Shown one piece after another: positions 20,238 to 29,692 of a DNA stretch of 64,000 nucleotides. The stretch lies in contig CADEFX010000001.1 in the NCBI GenBank assembly GCA_902826715.1, positions 1,972 through 65,971 of the forward strand, read 5' to 3'. The notes under the pieces are model-generated. The model saw only the letters and a program-made list of their open reading frames with translations. It made no database searches and was not told where the DNA came from. Made by a program: the position numbers and the translations under genes. The DNA comes from an uncultured Hyphomicrobiales bacterium. GTDB lineage: Bacteria > Pseudomonadota > Alphaproteobacteria > Rhizobiales > Hyphomicrobiaceae. Position 1 is the stretch's first letter, and each line of letters begins with the position of its first letter.

Positions 20238-22088
20238 ATGCGTCTGCACCGTCGGCACCTTTTTGCGGCGCCGCTCGCGATCCTGATCGCTGCGGCTTAT
20301 CCGGCTATTGCACAGGAAGAGGCGCGGCCGGTTCAGAGCGAAAGCGCGAAACCCGATGACGCGCGATCGTCCCCGGCAGAAAGCCAGGCTGAGACAACGC
20401 TACCTGCTCGCTCCCAAGGGCAGGAGGCAACCTCCCAGAAGCAGCCGCTCCCGGATCAGACCGACAAGCCAATCGAGCAAATAGAGAAATCGCAGGCCGT
20501 CACGCAGCGCACCGAAACGGCTCCGTCCCGCGACGAGAAGACACCGGCGCAAGAGAAGGCCGCTGCCAATCCGACACCGGCCGTGGGCAAGACGGCCCCT
20601 CGCGCCGCCCGCATTGCGCCTCTGCCAGCTGACTCCGTCACCACTCACACGCTCGATATCGCCGGTCGCACGCTGCAATTTGAAGCCGTCGCCGGCACCA
20701 TTCCACTCAGCAACGCTGAAGGCCGTGTTCAGGCGCGCATCGCCTATATTTCTTACACCGCGAAAGATGCGGACGCGAAGTCACGCCCCGTTGCGTTCGC
20801 ATTCAATGGAGGACCGGGCTCGGCTTCCGCATGGCTACACCTGGGAACGCTGGGTCCATGGCGCTTGCCGATGGATGGAGACTCGGCGCGGCCCTCGGCC
20901 CCCGGCATCGTCATTCCCAATTCCGAGACCTGGCTCGATTTCACCGATCTTGTGCTCGTCGATCCGGTCGGCACCGGTTTCAGCCGGTTCGAGGACGAGA
21001 CCGAAGCGCAGACCGACACGCCCGGCGCGGGCGAAGGCGGGGGCAACCGACGCTCGACGAGCCAGTCCGACGTCAAGAAGCAGTATTGGTCCATCAACGG
21101 CGACGCGAACGCTTTTGCGAGCTTCATCGCGCAATGGCGGACGAAAAACGAACGCCATGCATCGCCAAAAGGGATTGTCGGCGAGAGCTACGGCGGTTTC
21201 CGGGGGCCCAAGATCGCGCGCATCCTGCAGCAGGAGCACGGCGTCGGCGTCAACCTTCTCGTGCTCGTTTCACCTGTGCTCGACTATAGTTTCCTGCGGC
21301 GCCAGCGCCATCTGCCGTTCAACGCGGCGACGCTTCTGCCGTCGCTGTCAGCCGCGAGCCTCGAGTTACGTGGCAAGACGCCGACGGCGGCGCTGATGCG
21401 AGAAGCTGAAGACTATGCCCGCGGCGAATACCTGACCGACATGCTGCGCGGCCCGCGCGATACGGCCGCCGCCGCCCGCGTCGTGAAGCGCGTTGCCGCC
21501 CTGACCGGCCTGCCGGCGGCAACCGTCGTCAAGTATGGCGGTATGCTGGACAGTCCTGGGTACAGGCGAGAGATCAATCAGGAAGGGCACAAGGTCGCCA
21601 GTGCCTACGATGCTTCCATCAGAGGCCTCGATCCGGAGCCGACCTCTCCGAATTCCGGTTACCAGGATCCCTTTGTTACGGCACTTCGAGCACCGCTGAC
21701 CGGCGCCATCCACAATCTTTACGGCCAACTGAAATGGCTCCCCGATGCGCGCTATCAACTTGCGAACTCGGACGTGAGCGGCAACTGGCAATACGGCAAT
21801 TCGCCCGCGCCACCCGAGGTCGTCTCCGACCTGAAGTCCGTTCTGGCGCTCGACTCGCGCGTGCGCGTCCTCGTCGCTCACGGTTACACGGACTTGGTGA
21901 CCCCTTATTTCGCCAGCACGATGGTGCTCGACCAATTACCAACGTATGGCGATGCGCGCCGCGTGGTTCAGGTCACCTACGCCGGTGGACACATGTTCTA
22001 CAGCCGGGATGCCTCGCGCGCCGCCTTCCGCGAGGACGTCCTCATCATGCTGGCCGCGAGCCTGAACGGCGAGCCGCAGGCGCGCTAA
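20238..22088 (+). CDS. peptidase S10 (serine carboxypeptidase) family protein, secreted
   Basis: Signal peptide MRLHRRHLFAAPLAILIAAAYPAIAQ. Catalytic Ser motif GESYGG, NGGPGSAS, and C-terminal His region YAGGHMFY. A low-complexity linker of roughly 100 aa follows the signal peptide. Confidence 0.8.
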   Translation: MRLHRRHLFAAPLAILIAAAYPAIAQEEARPVQSESAKPDDARSSPAESQAETTLPARSQGQEATSQKQPLPDQTDKPIEQIEKSQAVTQRTETAPSRDEKTPAQEKAAANPTPAVGKTAPRAARIAPLPADSVTTHTLDIAGRTLQFEAVAGTIPLSNAEGRVQARIAYISYTAKDADAKSRPVAFAFNGGPGSASAWLHLGTLGPWRLPMDGDSARPSAPGIVIPNSETWLDFTDLVLVDPVGTGFSRFEDETEAQTDTPGAGEGGGNRRSTSQSDVKKQYWSINGDANAFASFIAQWRTKNERHASPKGIVGESYGGFRGPKIARILQQEHGVGVNLLVLVSPVLDYSFLRRQRHLPFNAATLLPSLSAASLELRGKTPTAALMREAEDYARGEYLTDMLRGPRDTAAAARVVKRVAALTGLPAATVVKYGGMLDSPGYRREINQEGHKVASAYDASIRGLDPEPTSPNSGYQDPFVTALRAPLTGAIHNLYGQLKWLPDARYQLANSDVSGNWQYGNSPAPPEVVSDLKSVLALDSRVRVLVAHGYTDLVTPYFASTMVLDQLPTYGDARRVVQVTYAGGHMFYSRDASRAAFREDVLIMLAASLNGEPQAR

Positions 22089-22100
22089 CCTGACCGCACC

Positions 22101-22841
22101 TCACGTCTCTGCGCCGCCGTTCACCTGGATCATCTGTCCGTTGATGAAAGCACCCGCGTCCGACGCAAGCAGCGCTACGGCCGCCGCAACCTCGTCAGGC
22201 TTGCCAAGCCGCCCCACGGGCACGCGCGCTTTCATCGGCGTGATATGCGCCGCCTGTACCGCGTCCTGCTCCTCGCCCATGATCGGGCCCGGCGACACGA
22301 TGTTGGCCGTGATCCCCTTTGGCCCGAACTCCTTCGCCAGCGCCTTGGTCAAACCCCATGACGCATGCTTGGATGCCGAGACGTGCGCGCGGCCGTTGTA
22401 GCCGTGGATCGCGTTCATGCCTGCGAAATTAATGATGCGGCCCCAGCCCTTGCCGACCATGCCCGGCAGCAGCACGCGCGACAGCCAGTACGACGCATCG
22501 AAATTGATCGCCATGACGCGGCGCCACTCGTCTTCCCTGAGTTCCAGGAAGCCGCCGTCCTCGCGTACGGCCGCATTGTTCACGAGCACGTCCACCGTGC
22601 CGAACTTGGCAAGGCTTTCCTCGGCCATGCGCATGCAGTCCGCGCGCTGGCCTACATCGCCCATCGCCACCAGCGCCTCAACACCCAGGTCGCGCGCTTC
22701 GTTCGCCACTTTCTGCGCGGCCTGCCGATCCTGCGATCCATTGATCACGACATTGTACCCGTCTTTCGCCAGCGTCAGAGCGCAGGCGCGCCCTATATTC
22801 TTGTTTGACCCCGTAATCAGCGCCGTACGCTTGCCTGCCAT
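22101..22841 (-). CDS. SDR family oxidoreductase
   Basis: ALITGSNKNIGRA, NNAA, and the S...Y/K catalytic region. The start ATG at 22841 lies 2 nt after the stop of the upstream molybdoenzyme gene. Confidence 0.85.
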   Translation of the reverse strand: MAGKRTALITGSNKNIGRACALTLAKDGYNVVINGSQDRQAAQKVANEARDLGVEALVAMGDVGQRADCMRMAEESLAKFGTVDVLVNNAAVREDGGFLELREDEWRRVMAINFDASYWLSRVLLPGMVGKGWGRIINFAGMNAIHGYNGRAHVSASKHASWGLTKALAKEFGPKGITANIVSPGPIMGEEQDAVQAAHITPMKARVPVGRLGKPDEVAAAVALLASDAGAFINGQMIQVNGGAET

Positions 22842-22843
22842 CT

Positions 22844-24928
22844 CTAATTGACCTTCCTGATCCACACATGATTGTCGTGGAATGCACCACCGCCGAACGG
22901 CGCAGGCTGGTCCGCGCCCGTCAGCGTGTTGATACCTTCCCCGTTTTCGAATTGATCGTTGGGCGCGATGCTTTCCACGATCACCACGCCGCGCCGGACG
23001 CCGTCGAACGACCGCGCCTGGATCCGGATTTCGCCGCGCCTGTTGCCCATGGCGATGCGCTCGCCATTGTTCACGCCCAGCTTCTCCAGATCGAGCGGAT
23101 GAATCATCGCCGAAGGCGGTCCCTCGCGCCTCTGGCTCGATGGCGTCTCGTTGAAGCTCGAATTCAGATATCCGCGCGCCGGCGACGTCGCGAGCCGGAA
23201 CGGATGCGCGTCATCGGCTTCCTCGATCACATTCCAGAAATCCGGCAGCACCGGCATCTCGCGATGCGGACCCATCGGCCCGGCATTGGCCATCTTCACA
23301 GCGGTCCAATCGGGCGAAAAATGAAACTTGCCGTCCGGATGCGCAAAACCGTTGAGGAAGTGTGCCGTTTCGAAATCCGGCTGACAGTCGATCCACTTCT
23401 CGGATTCGAGATTGTCGAGCGTGCCCCATCCGGAAACCGCCAGTGTCTCATCCACGATCTCGCGCGGTGTCATGTGGAAACCGCGATGCTCCGCGCCCAC
23501 GCGGCGCGCCAGATCGCAGATCACGTCATGGTTGCTCCAGCATTCGCCCGGCGGCTCGATGAGCTTGGGGCCGAGCAGGATGTGCTGGTTGCCGCCCGAC
23601 TGATACACGTCGTCGTGCTCCAGGAACATCGTCGCTGGAATGACCACGTCGGCCATCTGCGCCGTCGCCGTCAGGAACTGCTCGTGCACGCACACGAACA
23701 GATCCTCGCGTCCAAACCCCTGTTTCACCTTACGCTGTTCCGGAGCCACCTGCACCGGATTGGTGTTCTGGATCACCATCGCCTTGATCGGCGGGCCGTC
23801 GCGCAAGTCGAACGGGTCGCCCGTCAGCACCGGGCCGACGCGCGTCTGGTCGAGTTGGCGAATGCCCGGCTTTTTCGCATCGAGCCCTTCGATCAGCGCC
23901 TTGTTCCAGTGATAGATGGCATTGTTCTTGTGGAACGCCCCGCCGCCCTCGTTGAGCCAGGCACCCGTGATCGCCGGAATGCAGGAGGCGGCATGCATCG
24001 ACACCGAGCCGTTGCGCGAGCGCGCAAAGCCGTAGCCCAGCCGGAAGTAGCTGCGCGGTGTCTCCCCCACCCACTTGGCAAAGGTCTCGATATCCGCCAC
24101 CGGAATGCCCGTGATGCCGCTCGCCCATTCTGGCGTGCGGGTCTTGAGATGCTGCTCGAGCTCCCGCGGCTTGTCCGTGTATTGCTCCAGATACGGCCAG
24201 TTGGCGTAGCCATCGCGGAACAGCACGTGCATCACACCGCAGGCCAGCGCCGCATCCGTGCCCGGCCGCAGCACCAGCCCGAGATCGGCTTGGTCCATCG
24301 TGCCGTTACGATAGACATCCACCACCACCAGCCTCGCGCCGCGCTCCTTGCGCGCCCGCGTCACGTGCGACATGACGTTGACCTGGGTGTTGACAGGATT
24401 GGTACCCCAGATCGTGACCAGATCCGACTTGGCCATTTCGCGCGGATCGGGCCCCCGGGCGGCGCCGGCGCCGGCAAGAAATCCGGCTTCGGCCAGGGTC
24501 GTACAGATGGTCGAATACTGTCCCGCATAACCTTTGGCATTGCGCAGGCGATTGATGCCGTCGCGCATGACCAATCCCATGGTGCCGGCGTAATAGTAGG
24601 GCCAGACGCTCTCGGGCCCGAAGTCGCGCTCGGCTTTGAGCATCGCCTCGGCCGTGAGGCTCATGGCCTCCTCCCAGCCGATGCGCTCGAACTGGCCCGA
24701 CCCTTTCGGCCCTTTGCGCTTCAAAGGAAACAGCAGGCGATCCGGATGGTGCACGCGCTCGCCATAACGCGCGACCTTGGCGCAGACCACGCCGGCCGTA
24801 TAGCTGTTGGACTTGGCTCCATGGACGCGTCCGATCCGCCCGTTCCCCAGGAGCTCCACCTCGAGCGCGCAAGTGGACGGGCAATCGTGTGGGCAGGCCG
24901 AATACCCGATGGGTACCTTCGCATCCAT
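22844..24928 (-). CDS. molybdopterin-dependent oxidoreductase (bis-MGD family, N-terminal 4Fe-4S)
   Basis: N-terminal Cys cluster CPHDCPSTC; WGTNPVNT; C-terminal molybdopterin dinucleotide-binding-like domain. ATG at 24928 with a GGGAGA Shine-Dalgarno. Confidence 0.87.
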   Translation of the reverse strand: MDAKVPIGYSACPHDCPSTCALEVELLGNGRIGRVHGAKSNSYTAGVVCAKVARYGERVHHPDRLLFPLKRKGPKGSGQFERIGWEEAMSLTAEAMLKAERDFGPESVWPYYYAGTMGLVMRDGINRLRNAKGYAGQYSTICTTLAEAGFLAGAGAARGPDPREMAKSDLVTIWGTNPVNTQVNVMSHVTRARKERGARLVVVDVYRNGTMDQADLGLVLRPGTDAALACGVMHVLFRDGYANWPYLEQYTDKPRELEQHLKTRTPEWASGITGIPVADIETFAKWVGETPRSYFRLGYGFARSRNGSVSMHAASCIPAITGAWLNEGGGAFHKNNAIYHWNKALIEGLDAKKPGIRQLDQTRVGPVLTGDPFDLRDGPPIKAMVIQNTNPVQVAPEQRKVKQGFGREDLFVCVHEQFLTATAQMADVVIPATMFLEHDDVYQSGGNQHILLGPKLIEPPGECWSNHDVICDLARRVGAEHRGFHMTPREIVDETLAVSGWGTLDNLESEKWIDCQPDFETAHFLNGFAHPDGKFHFSPDWTAVKMANAGPMGPHREMPVLPDFWNVIEEADDAHPFRLATSPARGYLNSSFNETPSSQRREGPPSAMIHPLDLEKLGVNNGERIAMGNRRGEIRIQARSFDGVRRGVVIVESIAPNDQFENGEGINTLTGADQPAPFGGGAFHDNHVWIRKVN

Positions 24929-25021
24929 GGTGCGTTCTCCCAATGTCGTTACCGGAGAATAGCCGTGCCGATCCGCCAGAGGGAGAGGCTTCTTGGAATG
25001 ATTATTGAGAACTTGGGAAAG

Positions 25022-26929
25022 CTAGGCAACCTCTGGCCGATACTTATTCTTCGGTACGAAGCCCGACCGCTCCGCCTGGCGCGGCGCGCGGACCCAGACC
25101 TCGCGGTTGGGGTGCAAACCGCCACCGCGCGTGGCAGGAACAGCCGTGTGGCGCGCACGGTGCAGCAGGCGGGTGTCGGCCGCGCCGCAGTGGGGATGGA
25201 TGCCGCCGTTGCCGGCGACCACCTTATCCCAGGCCGCCTTGCGCGCGGCGAGCACGGCGGGATTGGCTAGCGCCGAACAGTTGAGCTCGTTGCTGTTCAG
25301 GTCGGCGACGATCTCATCGCCGTCCTCGATAAAGGCGATGGGGCCGCCGAGCGCCGCCTCCGGGCCCACATGACCGATGACGAGGCCCACCGAGCCGCCC
25401 GAGAAACGGGCGTCTGTCATGAGCGCAACCGTGATGCCGCGCTCGCGGCAGAGCGCGGTGATGCGCGAGGTTGGATCGAGCATTTCGGGCATGCCCGGCG
25501 CGCCGCTCGGGCCCTCATAGCGCACGATGATCATATCGTTGTTCTGAAAGCTGCCGGGATCTTTATCGAGCGCATTGATCAAGCCCTGCTCCCCTTCGAA
25601 GACGCGCGCCTTGCCTCGGAAGACATTGTTCTCAAGGCCGCCCTCGTAGATCTGCGCCTTGCTCATCGCGCCCTTGCTCTGCAGGCCATTGTCGACACCG
25701 GCGAGCTTGAGGATCGCCGAGAAATCCGGGGACAGGTTGCCGCCGAGCACACGCAAGCCGCCCGTCGGCTTGTAGGGCTTCTCGACGGGATAGACGACCT
25801 TGCCATCGGCGCGTTTGGCACCCAGGCGCTCGACCTGGCGGCCCAGCGTCTCGCCCGTGCAAGTCAGCACATCGCCATTGAGGAGCCCCGCCTCCAGCAA
25901 CTCGTGCACGATCACCTGAACGCCGCCGACGGCGTCGATATCGACCATCGAGTATTTGCCGTATGGCCGCGCATCAGTGAGTACCGGCACGAGATATTGC
26001 GAGAGGTGGTTGAACTCCTCCGGTGTCATGACCTCCTTCCAGAAGTCGGCGTAGCCGGCCGCGCGCGCGATCTCGGGCGCGTGCAACACTACGTTGGTCG
26101 AGCCGCCGATCGCCATCGCAACAATCACGGCATTGCGGAGCGAGTCGCGCACGACGATGTCGCGTGGCTTCACATCCTTCTCGATCAGCTTTGCCAGCAG
26201 GTCCACCAATTCAGCCGGGAATTCGTTCAGCCGGCGCGGATCGTCCGACGGCGGCGCCACCATGTGCAGCGGCTGCATACCGACGACGCCGATGAACGTC
26301 TGCATTGTGTTGTAGGTGAACATGCCGCCGCAGCTGCCGAACCCTGGGCAGGCATGACAGGCAATGTGGTAGCGGTGCTCGGGATCGGGATGCCCCGCGA
26401 CCTGGTAAGCACTTACGAGGTCAATCTTTTCACCCGTCGTGGGGTCGGTGCCGGGATGGATGGAGCCGTCCGACATCATGATTGCCGGCTGGTTGTGCTC
26501 GAGCAGCGCGGCGAGCGTCCCCACCGGCGGCTTGTCGCAAGCAACGACGGCGATCGTGCCGGCAAGGCCCGTCGCGCTCAGATGCTCGCAGAGCGCGTCG
26601 TGAGTCACCTCGCGACCGATCAAGGAGTAGCGCATCTCGCGCGTGCCGTTGCGGATGCCGTCTGATGTCGCGATCGTGTATTCGGGTTGGACAAGGCGCA
26701 GCTTGAGCTGCCCCGGCCCCTTGCCGACGCACGCCTTGAGGCGCGCGTGGATTGCATCGACTTTGTCCAGGACGCCCAGGTAGCACTGGCTGTCGCCCTT
26801 CGTGCCGACCACGCCGACCGACGGTTCGTGGATAAGCTCCGGATCGGTTCCAAGCTCGCGCGCGATACCCAGGGTCTGGGTCGAACGGCCCGGATGGCGG
26901 TCGATGAGCACGACATTTGAGTTCTTCAC
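25022..26929 (-). CDS. IlvD/Edd family dehydratase (sugar-acid/dihydroxy-acid dehydratase-like)
   Basis: ATSDGIRNG, VVACDKPPVG, RYEGPSGAPGMPEML and TDARFSGGS motifs. GTG start with an AGGAG Shine-Dalgarno. Confidence 0.9.
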   Translation of the reverse strand: MKNSNVVLIDRHPGRSTQTLGIARELGTDPELIHEPSVGVVGTKGDSQCYLGVLDKVDAIHARLKACVGKGPGQLKLRLVQPEYTIATSDGIRNGTREMRYSLIGREVTHDALCEHLSATGLAGTIAVVACDKPPVGTLAALLEHNQPAIMMSDGSIHPGTDPTTGEKIDLVSAYQVAGHPDPEHRYHIACHACPGFGSCGGMFTYNTMQTFIGVVGMQPLHMVAPPSDDPRRLNEFPAELVDLLAKLIEKDVKPRDIVVRDSLRNAVIVAMAIGGSTNVVLHAPEIARAAGYADFWKEVMTPEEFNHLSQYLVPVLTDARPYGKYSMVDIDAVGGVQVIVHELLEAGLLNGDVLTCTGETLGRQVERLGAKRADGKVVYPVEKPYKPTGGLRVLGGNLSPDFSAILKLAGVDNGLQSKGAMSKAQIYEGGLENNVFRGKARVFEGEQGLINALDKDPGSFQNNDMIIVRYEGPSGAPGMPEMLDPTSRITALCRERGITVALMTDARFSGGSVGLVIGHVGPEAALGGPIAFIEDGDEIVADLNSNELNCSALANPAVLAARKAAWDKVVAGNGGIHPHCGAADTRLLHRARHTAVPATRGGGLHPNREVWVRAPRQAERSGFVPKNKYRPEVA

Positions 26930-27061
26930 AGAGGGCTCCTGCGGCGCGTTCGGTAGGCGACAAGCGGTAGTCGGCGGACCAAGCCAGTGAGAAGCGCTTT
27001 ATGGCCGCTAACAGCCCCAACAGGCAAGGGCAGGCTTCCCGATCCTTCTCCGGCCCCAGAC

Positions 27062-28150
27062 CTACGCCCGCATCCCCTCCAGCCCCTTCCAATCGAAGGC
27101 GACGCCGTGGCCCGGGCGGTCGGGCGCGATGGCATTCCCCTCGACGATCTTCATGGGCTCCGCGATGTACCGGTCTATGCCGAAGCCGTGCGTTTCCAGA
27201 TAGCTGCGGTTGGCGCAGGCCGCCAGCAGCTGCACCGTTACGTCGTGCGCACCATGTGACGTCACCGGCAGGTTGAAGGCCTCCGCCAGATGCGCCACCT
27301 TCATGAACACTGTCACGCCGCCGCAGTTCGTCACATCGGGCTCGGGATACGTGACGCCGCCCGACGCCACCATGTGCTTGAACTCCCACAGCGTGCGCAT
27401 GTTCTCGCCGGTCGCAATCGGCAGTCCGCTGTCGCGCACGATGCGCACGTGTCCCGCCACGTCGTCCGGAATCGTCGGCTCCTCGAGCCATACCAGCTCG
27501 AAGGGCTGGAACGCCCGTGCCCGGCGGATCGACTCGTCCACGGTCCATTTCATGTTGGCGTCGACCATCAGCGGAAAGCCGTCGCCCAGGTACTCGCGCA
27601 TGGCTTTGATGCGCGCGACATCTTCGGACATGCGGTCGCGCCCGACCTTCATCTTGATGGCCCGGAAGCCCTTGGCGAGATTTCCTTCCGTCTGCTTCAG
27701 CAGCGCCTCGGTCGTGAAATCCAGGTCGATGCCCCCGGCGTAACAGGGCACGAGCGGATCGTAGCCACCGAGCAGCTTCCACAGCGGCAGCTTCGCGCGC
27801 TTGGCCTTTAAATCCCACAGCGCGATATCGAGCGCCGACAGGGCCAGCACCGACGGACCGCCGCGGCCGCCGTAGTGCAGGCCCCACCATACCTTGTTCC
27901 AGACCTGCTCGATGCGATCTGCTTCCAAGCCCGCGACGATCTCGGGGATATCGCGAGACAAAGTGGCGTAGATCGCGCCGCCGTTATGGCCGGTGGTGTA
28001 GGTGTAGCCCATGCCTTCTTCACCGTCGGCATCGCGCACGCGGACGGTGATCAACTCGAACGCCGTCATGATCCCGTGCGTGGAATCCGACAACGGCTCA
28101 TCGAGTGGAATGCGATAGTGTCCGGCCGTCACGGCCGCGATCTTTGCCAC
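27062..28150 (-). CDS. mandelate racemase/muconate lactonizing enzyme family (enolase superfamily) protein
   Basis: KMKVGRD, metal ligands in MVDANMKW / WLEEP / IATGEN. About 362 aa. GTG start with a GGAGGAAG Shine-Dalgarno. Confidence 0.9.
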   Translation of the reverse strand: MAKIAAVTAGHYRIPLDEPLSDSTHGIMTAFELITVRVRDADGEEGMGYTYTTGHNGGAIYATLSRDIPEIVAGLEADRIEQVWNKVWWGLHYGGRGGPSVLALSALDIALWDLKAKRAKLPLWKLLGGYDPLVPCYAGGIDLDFTTEALLKQTEGNLAKGFRAIKMKVGRDRMSEDVARIKAMREYLGDGFPLMVDANMKWTVDESIRRARAFQPFELVWLEEPTIPDDVAGHVRIVRDSGLPIATGENMRTLWEFKHMVASGGVTYPEPDVTNCGGVTVFMKVAHLAEAFNLPVTSHGAHDVTVQLLAACANRSYLETHGFGIDRYIAEPMKIVEGNAIAPDRPGHGVAFDWKGLEGMRA

Positions 28151-28176
28151 GGGCTTCCTCCCCGGAAGGGTTGTTG

Positions 28177-29178
28177 TTAGTACGTCGCGAAGATGCGCCG
28201 GATCTCGCCCGGTTCTTTGGTCTTGGTCAGTGCCAGCGACAGGAGGATGCGTGCCTTCTGCGGCGTCAGGTTGTCCGCCGTCAGGAAGCCTGCCTCGCGG
28301 ATCTTGCTGGAGTTGAACACGCGGCCCGATCCCGCCCGCGATGACATCATCACGACAACACCCGCCGCATGTGCCTCCTTCAGAACGTCCATCTCGGAGG
28401 GCGATAGCATGCCCGGCGCAAACGCCGCCATGACGATGCCCTTGGCACCGGCCGCGACGAAAGCGCGAACGGCGGTGCCGTCATCGCCGGCGTACGAGTA
28501 AGCGATGTCAACGCGCGGCAGCGCATCGAGATTGCGGATGTCGAATTCCGTATCAGGGGCTCCCTTGCGGATCGGCTTGCGGTAGAACACGACGGCATCG
28601 CCGTCTGCATGTCCCAAGACTCCGAAATCCGGGCTGCGGAACGTCTGCAGCCGCGCCGTCGATGTCTTCGTCACCTCGCGCGCCGACTGGATCTCGTCAT
28701 TGAGACACACGAGCACGCCCAGGCCGCGCGCCTCCGCGGAGGCCGCTGTGCGCACAGCGTTGACGAGATTGAGCCCCGCGTCTGTCGACAGCGCACTGGC
28801 CGGCCGCTGCGAGCCGACCACCACGATGGGAACTTTCACCTTAGCCGTCAGATGCAGCGCATAGGCCGTCTCCTCCAGCGTCGCCGTGCCGTGCAGCACC
28901 ACGATGCCCGCCAGATCGGGATGCTCCGCCACCGCCTTGTCAGCCGCAAGCACCACGTGCTTCCACTCGGGAAAGGCGACGGCTGTGCTCGGCACGGCCT
29001 TGAACCGCACCGGGATCACGTCGGCAACAGATTTCACGTCGGAGAATTTCTCGACCATCTCGTCGGCCTGCAGCATCTTGCCAGTGGCCGTGTATTCGTA
29101 GAGATCGAGCGGGCCTTTGCCGATCGACGTAATGGTGCCGCCGGTGCCGATCACCGCGACTTTCGGTTTGCTCGTCAT
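28177..29178 (-). CDS. L-asparaginase/glutaminase family (type II-like) protein
   Basis: VAVIGTGGTITS catalytic Thr motif and HGTATLEETA. Internal ATG at 29178 with a GAGGATGG Shine-Dalgarno. The longer ORF to 29577 overlaps the DUF3303 gene and is rejected. Confidence 0.87.
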   Translation of the reverse strand: MTSKPKVAVIGTGGTITSIGKGPLDLYEYTATGKMLQADEMVEKFSDVKSVADVIPVRFKAVPSTAVAFPEWKHVVLAADKAVAEHPDLAGIVVLHGTATLEETAYALHLTAKVKVPIVVVGSQRPASALSTDAGLNLVNAVRTAASAEARGLGVLVCLNDEIQSAREVTKTSTARLQTFRSPDFGVLGHADGDAVVFYRKPIRKGAPDTEFDIRNLDALPRVDIAYSYAGDDGTAVRAFVAAGAKGIVMAAFAPGMLSPSEMDVLKEAHAAGVVVMMSSRAGSGRVFNSSKIREAGFLTADNLTPQKARILLSLALTKTKEPGEIRRIFATY

Positions 29179-29201
29179 GTGGCCATCCTCACTTTTCTTG
29201 A

Positions 29202-29504
29202 TTACGCCTTGCGCGCCGGGCCAGTCTCTCGATCGATCACTGCATAGGCCGTCGCCGAGGTCTCCTTCGACGGCGACACCGGTATGATCTCGAACTCGGC
29301 CAGATCCGACCATTGCATGGTCCATTCCTGCAGCAAGCGGAGATCGTCGCACTCCATGAGCTGGAAACAGCGATCGAAGTTGCCCTCGATCCAACTGCCG
29401 TGGACGCTCAACCCTTCCGGCGCCATGCGGCCCTTGTCGCGAAAGCGCTGATAGATCGCTCGAGCGTTCTGATCCTTGAACCGCTCGATCACCATGAACA
29501 GCAT
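29202..29504 (-). CDS. DUF3303 domain protein
   Basis: MLFMVIERFKDQNARAIYQRFRDKGRMAPEGL...CFQLMECDD pattern recognised as DUF3303. About 100 aa from the internal ATG at 29504. Confidence 0.68.
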   Translation of the reverse strand: MLFMVIERFKDQNARAIYQRFRDKGRMAPEGLSVHGSWIEGNFDRCFQLMECDDLRLLQEWTMQWSDLAEFEIIPVSPSKETSATAYAVIDRETGPARKA

Positions 29505-29519
29505 CACACGCTCCGCGCT

Positions 29520-29650
29520 TTCGATCCCCCTCTCCCCGTCCTTCACGGGGAGGGGGTTGGGGTGGGGGCAGCTGCATACTCTATGGGTAAGGGCCTGCCC
29601 TCATCCTAACCTTCTCCCCGCGAGCGGGGGGGACGGGACCCAAAGCATCG
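29520..29650. repeat. GC-rich palindromic REP-like intergenic element (two hairpin modules)
   Basis: CCCCCTCTCCCCG-tccttca-CGGGGAGGGGG (29526-29556) and CTCCCC-gcgagc-GGGGGG (29614-29631), joined by ...CCCTCATCCTAACCTTCTCCCCGCGAGCGGGG... This resembles the short palindromic intergenic repeats common in Rhizobiales. Only one copy is present in this window. Confidence 0.4.
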
Positions 29651-29692
29651 CGGGGCTCCGCGACTGTCCACCGAGCTCATGACGACCTTGCC

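Noticed and set aside
20076-20258. 60-aa minus-strand ORF in the bamB/S10-peptidase gap
   Set aside because: Third-codon positions are frequently A/T, unlike all confident genes in this window. There is no Shine-Dalgarno and no recognisable motif. It also overlaps the probable start and signal peptide of the peptidase gene. It is kept only as a remote small-protein possibility.
22868-25270. 800-aa ORF on the plus strand
   Set aside because: It lies antisense to the well-supported molybdopterin oxidoreductase and IlvD/Edd genes. The translation is Arg/Ala/His-rich low-complexity sequence with no recognisable motifs. This is a typical high-GC shadow ORF.
26430-27890. 486-aa minus-strand ORF
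   Set aside because: It is an alternative frame across the IlvD/Edd and enolase-superfamily genes. It is extremely Arg/Gly/Pro-rich and would bridge an intergenic gap. It is not coding.
29179-29577. 133-codon N-terminal extension of the asparaginase ORF (ORF track 28177-29577)
   Set aside because: The extension overlaps the DUF3303 gene in another frame and runs into the REP-like element. The asparaginase homology starts at the internal ATG at 29178, which has its own Shine-Dalgarno.
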